Source of the DNA: Torpedo marmorata
Taxonomy: Eukaryota
Direction: 5' to 3'
Length of the DNA: 64,000 nucleotides
Assembly: GCA_977017645.1 (NCBI GenBank)
Contig: OZ360221.1
Coordinates: 115,754,001 to 115,818,000 of the forward strand
How positions within the stretch are numbered: the first letter of the stretch is position 1; each line of letters begins with the position of its first letter. Positions 13,001-24,195 of the stretch are shown here, piece by piece. The position numbers and the translations under genes are program-made. The notes under the pieces are model-generated. The model ran no database searches. It was not told the origin of the DNA and worked only from the letters and a program-made list of their open reading frames with translations.

Positions 13001-13919
13001 TTTACCAATGTGATTTTTTTTAAATCATTCCTATGGCTTCAAAATACTTTGAAATATCCTAAGGTGGTGATAGATAACAGAAAAGTGCATTTCTTTTCTC
13101 TTTGGCTCTGAATTTGGTCTTAAAGTGATCCATTTTGCTTACTGAATTGCTTGTAAATTTATTTTAAGATGCACCAGCTGTGTTTATGAAATATTACTAT
13201 GAGATAGCCAAACAAACTTTTAGATTTTAGCCAAGCGTAAAGGGTGTATTACATAGACTTCCTGGGTTATTAGTTACCCAGTACAACATAATGTCACAAG
13301 GTGCATGGTAAATCATACAGAAAAAAGAAAAACAATGAAACTACCACAGCACTGCAGATCAGTCAAAATCTGTGAAAAGAAAAGATATAATTAATGTGCT
13401 TGGATCATGTTTTTCAACAAGTAATATGTTACAATTGATTCCAAAGGTCAGATAAAAAATGCAGTGTAAAATTTGGCTGCTACAAAGCATTTATTTGGAA
13501 GCAATCTCTAACCTCAGCACACTCTGACCTCACTCTATGTGGCCCAGAATTTGCAACTGGTATGATGCTGAAACTATCAACATCACTCAGAGCAACTCAA
13601 ACATTATTGTACTTACATGAGCTAACTCTCACAAAGTGTGTACTGTTTTGCAGCCTTTTACATCTCAGACAATCAAGAAAACTCAGTTGAATTGTATTTG
13701 GGCAGTGCGGGCTATTGGGCCGGAAGGGCCTGTTATTGTGCTGTATCTCTAAATTTAAAAAAAAATTAAAAAACAGATATTTTTGAACGTCTCACTGTAG
13801 GATCACCTTGAAATATTATGCTTTTTGCATAAAGTCCAAATGAATTTTAAATGATACTCTAAGCCACTATTACCATATACCAAATGGTGTAGGGCTTTAC
13901 AGGTCAGAGTGGAGATATT

Positions 13920-14245
13920 TGTTCATGACAGTGCTAAATAAAGCAGCCCATGCCTACATGCAGCAAGACCTGGACAATAGTTAGGTAAAGGCTGATAATT
14001 GGCAGGTGACAATCTTGCCACAAAAGTCCCAGGCAGTGGCCAACTCCATAAAGGGGGCTTCTACCCACCTACTCTTGACAGTCAAAAGCTTTACCATCAC
14101 CAGATCCACCACAACCAGCATCCTGGGGTCACTGTTGATTAAAAACTCAACCTGACCAGTCACATATTGTGTGTGGCTGCAAAAGAGGTCAGAGGCTGGG
14201 TATCCTGCTTCAAGGCATTTCCAACATCCACAAAGCACAATGGAA
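13920..14245 (+). mobile_element. Old CR1/L2-group LINE fragment (outermost layer of the nest; resumes at about 20545-20910)
   Basis: Decayed RT C-terminus (QQDLDN...NWQVTI.PQK). The matching continuation and tail (ttcaagaagacagctc...caataaatgctggc) lie at 20545-20910. Confidence 0.55.
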
Positions 14246-14475
14246 TATCTGGTCACAACCTCTTTTCACTGCTACCTTCGGGCAGAAGGTACAGAAGCCT
14301 GAAAACCACCACCTCTAGTTTCAAGAACAGTTTCCTTCCAATAGCTATCAGAGTCTTGAACCTCCTCATGGTACACTTAATCATAGATTGCTCCAACAAC
14401 ATAAAATGACTGTTTGCACGATTGCAAGTCACTTCTTTTGCACGAAGATTACTATGAATATTTATTATGTATCTT
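14246..14475 (+). mobile_element. Rex/Babar LINE 3' end, interrupted by L1; 3' UTR and tail resume at 20370-20545
   Basis: GHNLFSLLPSGRRYRSLKTTTSSFKNSF. AATAAA and a short-repeat tail lie at about 20514-20545. Confidence 0.75.
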
Positions 14476-15440
14476 CTTTCTTTTTCAATCTTTTTTATTG
14501 ATTTTTATAAGAAATACAATAAAATGAAGAAAAGGGAACAAAATTGAAAATACAATATCACATATGTACATATATTAAAATAAGACTTCAAACAGTATAA
14601 ATTCGATTCCCCCTCCACTGCAATAGGTGACAATGAAAAAAAACATCAAAAGTATTATATATTTTTTTTTAAAAACATACCTAACCTACTCTAATAAAAA
14701 AAAAACAACTAACAAAAAATAGCTGAGCAGCTTATCCTGAAGGTTATATATATTTTGTAATTTTTGGTTCCTACCGTAAATCAAAACACAAAGGAAGAGT
14801 AAATACATCTAATCACATTAGAAACACTTACATCATATGAAAATAAGACATAAGAGGTCGCCATGCATCTTCAAATTTCACCGATGAATCAAATACATGA
14901 TATCTAATGTTTTCCAAGCTTAAACAAGACATAATATGAGAAAACCATTGAAACACTGTTGGAGGTCTAGAGTCTTTCCATTTGAATAGGATGGCTCTTC
15001 CAGCCAACAATGTAGAGAAGACCACAACCCGTTGAACAGGTACAGAAAAACTCCCTATGTCTGGGTCAATAACCCCGAAAAGAGCAGTTATTGGATTGGG
15101 TCGTAGCTCCACCTGGAGTATAGTTGAAAAGATATTAAAAATTTCTTTCCAATAGTTTTCAAAGGATGAACAAGACCAAAACATATGTGTCAATGTAGCA
15201 ATTTCAGATTTGTCATAAATAGGGTTAATATTAGAAAAACTACTAGCCAATTTATCTTTGAACATGTGAACATGATGCACCACTTTGAATTGGATTAATG
15301 AATGACGGGCACATAGAGAAGATGTGTTTACCAATTTAAAAATCTTGTCCCAGAGATCCTCAGATAAGGGTCTGCAAGTTCCAATTCCCAAGCCTTTTTA
15401 ATCTTATCATGAAGTACTGGATGTAATTTTAATAATCTAT

Positions 15441-15830
15441 TGTAGCCACGTGCTACTCGAAAGAAGACACACACACGTAGTGTCGTCAGGTTAAGCTCTG
15501 TGTTTATTAGGGCTCAAGCCCGACTTTTATATTAACACAGTTCCCGCCGTGGCCTCCTTTTACTGATGTCACTTTATACATAACAAAAGCGGGTTTCCCG
15601 CATGTGGGTACTTTCCTGCATAACAATACCTTCTTCCCCGCACGCTGACCCTGTCTGTTGGCTGTGCAGCAAGGCCAGCACCATTTTGGGGTCACTGGCC
15701 TTTGAGCTGCCTTTGCCGTTTACCTGCCGGTTCGCTTGTTGGGGCCAGTGCTGCTGCGCGGGCTGCTGGCCTTTAGTTGCGCTCACCGCCCTGAGAGCCG
15801 GCTCGATCGCCGCCGCGGCAGGCCGCCACA
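15441..15830 (-). repeat. 3' LTR (390 bp)
   Basis: TGT...ACA direct repeat of 19619-20008, preceded on the minus strand by the G-rich PPT (ggttctggggggggtca). Confidence 0.95.
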
Positions 15831-15849
15831 TGACCCCCCCCAGAACCGG

Positions 15850-18800
15850 CGGTATTGTCCTTGGTGCCCGGAGGCAAAGTCTCTGCAGCCTTCGGTGGCC
15901 TGCCTCTTCAGCGTGGTGTTGGTGTCTCGACCAGGCGCGCCGGGACCAGGTGTGCCAGCTTCAGCCTGTCTGTTGTGAAGACCTCCGTCTTGCCGCCGAC
16001 CTCCAGCTCGAACGTGGCCCGTTGTTGCGGATGACCCGGAGCGGACCTCGTATGGCCTCTGAAGCGGTGGACGTTGTGGACCCCTGCGAATGAAAACATA
16101 CTCACAGTCCTGCAGGTCTCTGGGTATGTTGGTCCTCGTGTGTCCGTGCCTGGAAGGAGGAATCGGGGCCAGGTTGCTGACTCATTCCCTCAGCCTGCAG
16201 AGGAGCGCTGCAGAGTCGTCCTGCTGCCCGCCTGGGGAAGGTATGAATTCTCCCGGGACCACCAGTGGAGCTCCGTAGACGAGTTCGGCCGAAGAGGTGT
16301 TGAGGTCCTCCTCGGGTGCTGTGCGGATGCCCAGCAGCGCCCATGGTAGCTCGTCTACCCAGTTGGGACCTTGGAGTCTGGTCATGAGCACGGTCTTGAG
16401 GTGCCTGTGGAAGTGCTCCACCAATCTATTGGACTGTGGGTGGTAAGCTGTTGTGTGATGCAGCTGGGCACCCCACAGGCTGGCGAGGTCGGACCACAGA
16501 CTGGAGGTGAACTGGGCCCCCCTGTCGGATATGATGTGGGATGGTAAACCGAACCGTGCCACCCAGGACAAGATGAGGGCCCTGGCGCACGAGGTTGTGG
16601 ACGTGTCTGCCAGCGGGACTGCTTCTGGCCACCTGGTGAAGCGGTCAACCATCATGAACAGATAACGGAAACCCTGGGATACCGGCAAGGGTCCTACGAC
16701 GTCCACGTGGATGTGGTTGAACCTTCGTTCTGTGGGCTCGAAGTGCTGAGGTGGGATCTTGGTGTGCTGCTGTACCTTGGCTGTTTAGCATTGCGTTCAC
16801 ACCATCGCCCACCCGCTGACCTGTTTCCGCAAACCATGCCACACGTATTTACTGACCACCAGCCGGACCGTGGTCCTGACGGATGGGTGAGCCAGTCCGT
16901 GGATGGAGTCGAAAACCTGTCATCTCCAAGCCGCCGGGACGATGGGTCTGACCTGACCAGTGGCCACGTCACACAGGAGGGTGGTGTTACCTGTGCCGAC
17001 TGGGATGTCCTGGAGCTGTAGTCCTGATATGGCAGTCCTGTACTGGGGCATCTCCTCGTCTTTCTGCTGCGCCTCCGCCAGTGCTACGAAGTCCATTCTT
17101 TTCGATAGTGCATGGATACTTTGCCTGGACAGTGCATCGGCCACCACGTTGTCCTTACCGGATACGTGCCTGACATCTGTGGTGTACTCTGAGATGTAAG
17201 ACAGGTGTCGTTGCTGGCGGGCCGACCAGGGGTCCGAGATCTTAGGCAAGACGAAAGTCAGGGGCTTGTGATCTGTGAATGCCGTGAAGGCCTGAAGTGG
17301 CGGATGGCTAAGTACAGCACCAGTAGCTCTCTGTCAAAAGCGCTGTACTTCAGTTCTGGAGGCCACACGTTGGCTTTCTTCAGCAAACGTGTGGCCTCCA
17401 GAACTGAAGTACAGCCAACTTCCTTCGATCTGCTGCTCCAGAACTCCACCGATCGCCATTCCTGAGGCATCCACCATCAGGGCCGTTGGAGTGTCTTCCC
17501 TGGGATGTGCCAGGAGAGCGGCATCCGCCAGGGCGTCCTTGGCCTTCACGAAAGCTTCCACTGACTCCTCATCCCAGGTGATGTCCTTCGCCTTGCCTGC
17601 CATCCGGGCGAACAAGAGCCGCATAATCCGGGCAGCTGAGGCGATAAACCTGTGGTAGAAATTGATCATCCCCACGATCTCCTGTAGTCCCTTGCTCGTG
17701 TTGGATCTGGGGAACTTCCAGATGGCCTCCACTTTACTGGGTATCGGTATGGCTCCTTCCCTGATTATCCTGTGGCCCAGGAAGTCGATGGCCTCCAATC
17801 CGAACTGGCATTTGGCTGGGTTGATCGTCAGGCCGAACTCGCTCAGTCGGGTGTAGAGGTTGCGGAGATGCGTCATATGCTCCTGTTTGTTCCTGCTCGC
17901 CACCAGGATGTCGTCCAGGTACATGAAAGTGCCGTCCAGGTCTCGGCCCACCGCGTCCATGAGTCGCTGGAAAGTCTGTGCGGTGTTCTTTATCCCGAAC
18001 GGCATTCGGAGGAATTCGAAGAGGCCGAATGGAGTGATGATGGCGGTCTTGGGGATATCCTCGGGGCGTACCAGAATCTGATGATATCCCTGTACGAAGT
18101 CCACCTTGGAGAAAATCTTTGCCCCATGCAGGTTAGCCGCGATGTCCTGGATGTGCGGCACGGGGTACCGATCCGGTGTCATGGCCTCGTTGAGCCGGCA
18201 GTAGTCGCCGCATGGTCTCCAGCCCCCAGTTGCTTTGGGTACCATGTGCAGGGGAGAAGCCCATGGGCTGTCTGACCGCCGTACGATGCCGATCTCCTCC
18301 AGTTTCCTGAATTCCTCCTTCGCCAGCTGGAGTTTCTCCGGAGGAAGGCGTCTTGCCCTTGCGTTGAGCGGCGGGCCCTGGGTCAGGATGTGGTGCTGTA
18401 CTCCATGTCGGGGCATCACTGTGGTGAATTGGGGTGTACGCACTGTAGGGAACTCGGCCAGGACCCTGGCGTACTCATTGTCCGACCTCTGTACGGAGTC
18501 CAGGTGGAGTGCTGCGAGCCGGGCGTCTTTGAGGGGAAGGTTGGAAAAGTCTTGGCGTGGACCAATCTCCTTCCCTTGAGGTCCACTAGCAGGTTGTGGG
18601 CGCGCAGGAAGTCTGCCTCGAGGAGCGGCTGTTCCACTGCCGCCAGCATGAAAACCCACGAGAAGGGGCTGCCTCCCAACAGCAGTTGGGCCTTACGGGT
18701 ACTGTAGGTCCGAATCGTGCTGTTGTTGGCAGCCCTCAGCGTGGGGCCCGACTGCCTGTTCCTGGTGTCCTGTCCCGACGGGGGCAGGACGCTGACCACT

Positions 18801-18912
18801 GCTCCTGTGTCCACGAGGAAGTGTCGTCCGGATGGCGGTCCTAAACGTACAGGAGGCTGTCTTGGTGGCCAGCCGATGTGGCCATCAGCGACGGCTGGCC
18901 CTGGCATTTCCC
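15850..18912 (-). pseudogene. pol: Gypsy pol (PR-RT-RNaseH-IN), disrupted
   Basis: Domains are spread over several frames (ORFs 18416-19147, 17334-18659, 16920-17249, 16182-16706). There is an in-frame TAG at 18841-18843 and an inversion at 17342-17415. Confidence 0.88.
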
Positions 18913-19577
18913 TGAAATGTGCATGGTGGCCTGCACCGGCGGGATCCGACGCCCCATCTCTGGTGGTAGAAACACCACTGGTCGTCTGGATCGCCTCCTC
19001 TGGGGCGCTGCTGTTCTTTCGGTGGCTCTGCCCGGGTCTGGCTGCGGGGTTTAGTGAAGAGGCCCATGGACGCCGAGCACTCTCTCTTCTGTTTCCACAG
19101 AATGACCGCTCGTGCTGCGATTTTCCGTGGGTCGCTGAAATCCTCATCAGCCAGGAGTAGTTGGATGCCCTCGTGCAGTTGCTCCAGGAATGCCTGCTCG
19201 AACATAATGCAGGGCTCGTGTTTACCCAGGAGGGCCAGCATCTCGTTCATGAGGGCTGACGGGGGCCTGTCCCCTAAACCGTCCAGTTGGAGCAGACATG
19301 CCCCTCTCTCGTGCCGTGAGAGCCCGAAGGTCTCAATCAGCAAGTCCTTGAAGGCTGTGTACGCGCCTTCCGATGCGGGCTCCTGAATGAAGTTGGCTAC
19401 CTGTCCTGCTGTGTCCTGGTCCAGGGTGCTCACCACGTGGTAGTACCGGGTGGATTCTGCTGTGATCTGCCGGATCTGAAACTGTGCCTCAGCCTGGTCA
19501 AACCACACGCATGGTTGTTTCATCCAGAAATTCGGCAGCTTGAGAGCGACCGCGTTGACTCCTGCCTGTTCGCTCAT
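18885..19577 (-). CDS. gag: Gypsy gag (230 aa, open)
   Basis: Starts LKLPNFW...WFDQAEAQF and has a C-terminal C-x2-H-x9-C-x3-C motif (CFYHQRWGVGSRRCRPPC). Confidence 0.8.
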   Translation of the reverse strand: MSEQAGVNAVALKLPNFWMKQPCVWFDQAEAQFQIRQITAESTRYYHVVSTLDQDTAGQVANFIQEPASEGAYTAFKDLLIETFGLSRHERGACLLQLDGLGDRPPSALMNEMLALLGKHEPCIMFEQAFLEQLHEGIQLLLADEDFSDPRKIAARAVILWKQKRECSASMGLFTKPRSQTRAEPPKEQQRPRGGDPDDQWCFYHQRWGVGSRRCRPPCTFQGNARASRR

Positions 19578-19602
19578 CGCTGGGTTTAGATGCCGTCTAA
19601 AC

Positions 19603-19616
19603 CGTCGGGGTCACCA
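19603..19616 (-). promoter_or_regulatory. Primer-binding site, tRNA-Trp
   Basis: TGGTGACCCCGACG begins 2 nt after the 5' LTR and matches the tRNA-Trp PBS also used by avian sarcoma/leukosis viruses. Confidence 0.85.
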
Positions 19617-19618
19617 AT

Positions 19619-20008
19619 TGTAGCCGCACGCTACTCAAAAGAAGACACACACACGTAGTGTAGTCAGGTTAAGCTCTGTGTTTATTAGGGCTCAAGCCCG
19701 ACTTTTATATTAACACAGTTCCCGCCGTGGCCTCCTTTTACTGATGTCACTTTATACATAACAAAAGCGGGTTTCCCGCACGCGGGTACTTTCCTGCATA
19801 ACAATACCTTCTTCCCCGTGTGCTGTCTCTGTCTGTTGGCTGTGCAGCAAGGCCAGCGCCATTTTGGGGTCGCTGGCCTTTGAGCTGCCTTTGCCGTTTA
19901 CCTGCTGGTTCGCTTGTTGGGGCCAGTGCCGCTGCGCGGGCTGCTGGCCTTTAATTGCGCTCGCCGCCCAGAGAGCCGGCTCGATCGCCGCCGCGGCGGG
20001 CCGTCACA
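19619..20008 (-). repeat. 5' LTR (390 bp)
   Basis: Direct repeat of 15441-15830 with about 21 substitutions by manual count and no indels. Confidence 0.95.
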
Positions 20009-22119
20009 CTATCATATATAATTCCAATTAATCCTTTCTGAGAAGGATTTAATTGAAAAATATTATCAACTAAATCTGGTGGATATATAAATGGAAAATC
20101 CCGTAATATGATATTTAAGAAATTTGTAATCTGTAAATATCTAAAAAAATGAGTATTTGGTAAGTCATATTTACTTGCAACCTGTTCAAAAGACATTAAA
20201 CAAACTTCCTTAAATAAATTTGCAAAAGAAACAATACCTTTGATTTTCCATATAGAGAAAAATTGATAAATTATTGATGGTCGAAAAAAATAGTTATGAG
20301 AGATAGCACTAGATAAGACAACGTTTTTTAAATTAAAAAATTTCCTAAATTGGAACCAGATTCATAATGATTTATTATGTATCTTATGTATTTATTGTCT
20401 CTTTTAATTTAATTCAGTTAGTTTACTAATATAGTTTTTCTTCTCAAGTACCTGTTCAGCTGCAGCAACTAAGAATTGCTGCATTGTCAGACACATTGTA
20501 CAATGTGTCTGACAATAAACTCGATATCATTGTCATCATTATCTTCAGTTGCCTACATAAGTACAATGCCAGCAACTATCAAGAAATTCAATGTTATCCA
20601 GGACAAGGCACCCCACCCACCTCCTAAAATATTCATTCCTTCCACCATGGGCACAGCATGGCAGCATTGTGTATCATCAACAAAATTATTTGCCATTCTT
20701 CACACAGGTTGCTGCGACAACACTCTGCACATCCATGACATCTCGTATCAAGAAGGACAAGGCCAGTATGTGCATGGGAACATCACCACCTGCACATTCC
20801 CTTGGGGAATGTCTTTACCAGAAAGACTGTGCCAGTTCAAGAAGACAGCTCGCTGCCACCTTTTCAAAGGCAGTTGACGAGGACAATAAATGCTGGCTGC
20901 ATCAACAATGCTCAAATCTTGAAAAATAGTATCTATTTTTGTTTGTGGATTGTTATTCCTTTGCATAAATATTTCAAAATAAATGGAGTCTAAAATATGA
21001 ATTTAATGTTATATGTTTGAAATTAATTTATGCCATTCATTTTCTATCTTGCATGAACATCTCAAGCATTAGAAGACTGGGATGTTATGAAAGACTTAAG
21101 AATCTTGGACTGCTCAACTTTGAGAGGGTGACAGAAGATGATAATTCTGAAAGATTGAATGACTCTTCAAACCATGCACAACCCCCTGGAATGGGTTGTG
21201 ACCACAAGTAATACAAGTTTGGCACTGCATCAAAATAGTTTCAATAAGTTCTCAAGATGACCCTCAGGCTGGTTGGTACACTGGGAAGAATTGAGACTGT
21301 TTAAATTCACCCATCACAAAACGAGGTCTGCACTGAGCATGCGTGTTTTATCAAGAAACGAAAAACTGACGGAACTCCATCCATCCTCCGATAGCCCGAC
21401 CCCACGCCGTCCCAACCCCATCCATAGCGATCATTCCAATTTCATCGGTTAATGCGACAGTTTTTTTTTAACGTAATTCAGTAGCAGACACCAGTTATAC
21501 TCATAAAATAAGGATGTTACGTTCTGTAGTTTTCCTTTAGCTAAACCATGAAAGCTTCTGTTACATTCACGTTGAGTACAATTTGCTTCAAGGCCTCGGA
21601 AGGGGCATCCACATCAAGCTTCAACTGGATGAAAAATACACCAAAACAACGAGAAATGAAGTTGTTACATTTAAAATATACATCTTTATGTACAGTCCAC
21701 TCACCATCAAGCCTCAATGTAAATGAATCTTATATGTATATTTGTTTTAATACAGTGTCCCGACCTGAAACGTTGACTGACCATTTCTACCTTTGGATGC
21801 TGCGTCATCCGCTGAGTCCCTCCAGTTTTTCATTGTCTATCCTTTTGAAGGCCCCATTTTAGGAAATCTGTGGGGACTAATTTCTAATATTCATTTCTTA
21901 CCTGCTTTTGATGAAGAAGTCAAGAGTGCATTTGATTTTAATGTTAAACGGGTAAATGTTTGATGTATGCAGCATTTGCACATGGCATGCACGGTATGTT
22001 ACTTGTAAATTACGTGACAATGACCACAAAATTAGTCTTGGCGATTAAGACATTATTTTCAACGTACCAAACAACATTAAAGCTGATAAGCGACGCATTT
22101 TTTAAAAAATAAACGTTTC

Positions 22120-22335
22120 TGTTAGTACAGCAGATAGCGCAACGCTGTTACAGCGACAAGGGTTCGAATCCGGCGCTGTCTGCAAGGAGTTTGTACCTTC
22201 TCCCCGTGTCTGCGTGGGTTTCCTCCTGGTGCTCCGGTTTCCTCCCACCGTTTAAAACGTGTGGGGGTTGGAGGATAATTGGGGTATATGGGCGGCACGG
22301 GCTTGTGGGCCGAAAGGCTAAATTTTAAAAAATAA
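22120..22335 (+). mobile_element. tRNA-derived V-SINE (HE1-like)
   Basis: Pol III B-box GGTTCGAATCC at 22161-22171, V-domain GGAGTTTG..CCTTCTCCCCGTGTCTGCGTGGGTTTCCTCC and an A-rich end. A 3' fragment of a similar SINE lies at about 13700-13770. Confidence 0.8.
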
Positions 22336-23764
22336 ATGAAAAATATATTTTTCAAACGGTCTGAAACATTTTTTTAAAAGTTATAGTACAACTTACTCAT
22401 CCATTTTAGTTTACTACCAGCTGGCAAATCTAAACGGTGCCTATTAAACCCAGTGATCCTTCTGTATAAATATTATCGATTTCTCCAAGAGGTCACTGCA
22501 CCACAAAGAGCCGTTTTATTTTCTCCTGGTTCTGATGCAGCAGCGAAAATAAGAAGAAAATGGATCAGGATACTCTATCAAAGCATTTCACAAAACCTCT
22601 CACAAAATAGAAGAGTCGTGACAGGTATTTTCGGTATTCAATCAGTCAGAGTATGCTTTTTTTAAACCCGACTCGCCATGGAGAGTAAAACTGCAGTAGA
22701 AGCGCCGATATAAACCGAGTCCTGCCAAATTTAACCTGCAAAACAACATTCAGATTCGCACTGTTCGAAGTAGAGGTGGGGGGTTGGGGAGAGTTGCTGG
22801 AGATAACAATTATCGTACGATTTCACGGAGTTCAGTGCTGAATCAGAACCATTATGAAGATATTATAAAGATTGGCCTTAAAGGGCACGTTATTGGTGAA
22901 TGGTGCAATTTACATTCAATAAAACCAGCGGAGATCTTAATATTCTCAAGTAAAAGATGGTCCACTTTTCCAAATGTGAAACAAAACATTGAATTTGCAT
23001 GAAGGTTTGATTTACTTGTTTAGAAATAGCATAATCTTAACGGAAGCAACACACTGTGCATAACAACTTGCAAACCCAAAGGTACCATGTGACATTCGGA
23101 CGTTCACCGACTGTGGCAACAAACAGTGCCAGTTCCCACAGCATAATTCTCGCTGATGAACATCGTAATTTGTTACAGAAGTTAATCTCACTCTAAATTG
23201 TGAAAAACTTCTCCAGTCTGTATTTTAAGAATGATTTTTTTACGGTTGTCCTAGATATTGATCCAATGCCTGCTGACACTGCGATTCTTGTTAAAATTAT
23301 TGAAAAGTATGAGTACCTCATTAAATAAATATTTTAAACATCGAATTCCCTGAGCATTTCATTCTGATTTCACATATTCACACTTTCAAAATGCACTCGA
23401 TTACTTAACTATTGTTTATGATGGTCCAAAAACTTTAATTGTGAAATTTCACCATTTCACGGTTCCCATCAGACGCTTGTAACTATAGGTACAAATTTGA
23501 AGTTAAGATGAAAACGTGTCGATCAAAGTGAGCAATGTCGCAGGAATTGTATTCAGAATTCACTTCAAAAGGAATGAAGACCTATCTGTTTCAAACAGCA
23601 CCAATGGAACGAAAAATTAGATAACGTCTTTTGAATTCGATTTTATTTTCAAATTAGTGGTCTTCATTTCACAACAATTGGTTTTATTTGCAAGTTTTTA
23701 ATCTTGTAAATGTAAATACCTGGGGATATCAGAAGGTTGCGAGGCAATGTGAAATATTAGTAGA

Positions 23765-24195
23765 TAAAGCATAGAACGGGAAGGAACGGGCTGTTCGGCC
23801 CACTCTGTCACCGCAAAACATGATGCCCAAATTAAACCAAAAACTTTTCTGTTTGCACTCGATATGTACGCCTCTAGTTCCTGCATATTCGCGTATCTAT
23901 ATGGAAGCCTCTTAAATGCCCCTCTCCTATGTGCTTCCACCACCCTCCCTGACAGCCCGTTCCAGGCATTTACCACTCTCTGTGTTAAAGAAACAACTGC
24001 ACATCTCTTTTAAACTCCCGCCCCCACCCCCCTCAATTTAAACACATGTCCTCCAATATCTGACATTTTTATTCTGGGAAAAGGATTCTAACGGTCTTTC
24101 TCATAATTGTATAAACTTCTATCAGATCTCTCCTCATCCTCCTACGCTCGAGAGAACACAACCTAAGTTTGTCCAACCTCTTCCCATAGCTCAGT
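23765..24195 (-). mobile_element. CR1 LINE 3' end; last clear TE before the Hox cluster
   Basis: FLTQRVVNAWNGL motif and a CR1-type 3' terminus. Confidence 0.75.

Larger units (their letters stand above)
15441..20008 (-). mobile_element. Full-length Ty3/Gypsy LTR retrotransposon, CsRn1 clade, inactivated
   Basis: Two 390-bp TG...CA LTRs, 4-bp TSD CTAT, tRNA-Trp PBS and PPT. Gag has a CHCC motif; protease (FLVDTGA), RT (YLDD), RNase H and integrase follow in Gypsy order. Confidence 0.95.
14476..20369 (-). mobile_element. 5'-truncated L1/Tx1-clade LINE (ORF2 C-terminus), split by the Gypsy element
   Basis: ORF 14828-15391 has the zf-RVT-type C-terminus (IQFKVVH...THMFWSC..YW) and ORF 19951-20196 has FFRYLQI. 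The 3' end is A-rich with AATAAA. A 16-bp TSD ATTTATTATGTATCTT sits at 14460-14475 and 20370-20385. Confidence 0.85.

Noticed and set aside
15500-19400. Many overlapping ORFs on both strands
   Set aside because: These are shadow ORFs of a GC-rich Gypsy element. Only the gag and pol frames carry motifs.
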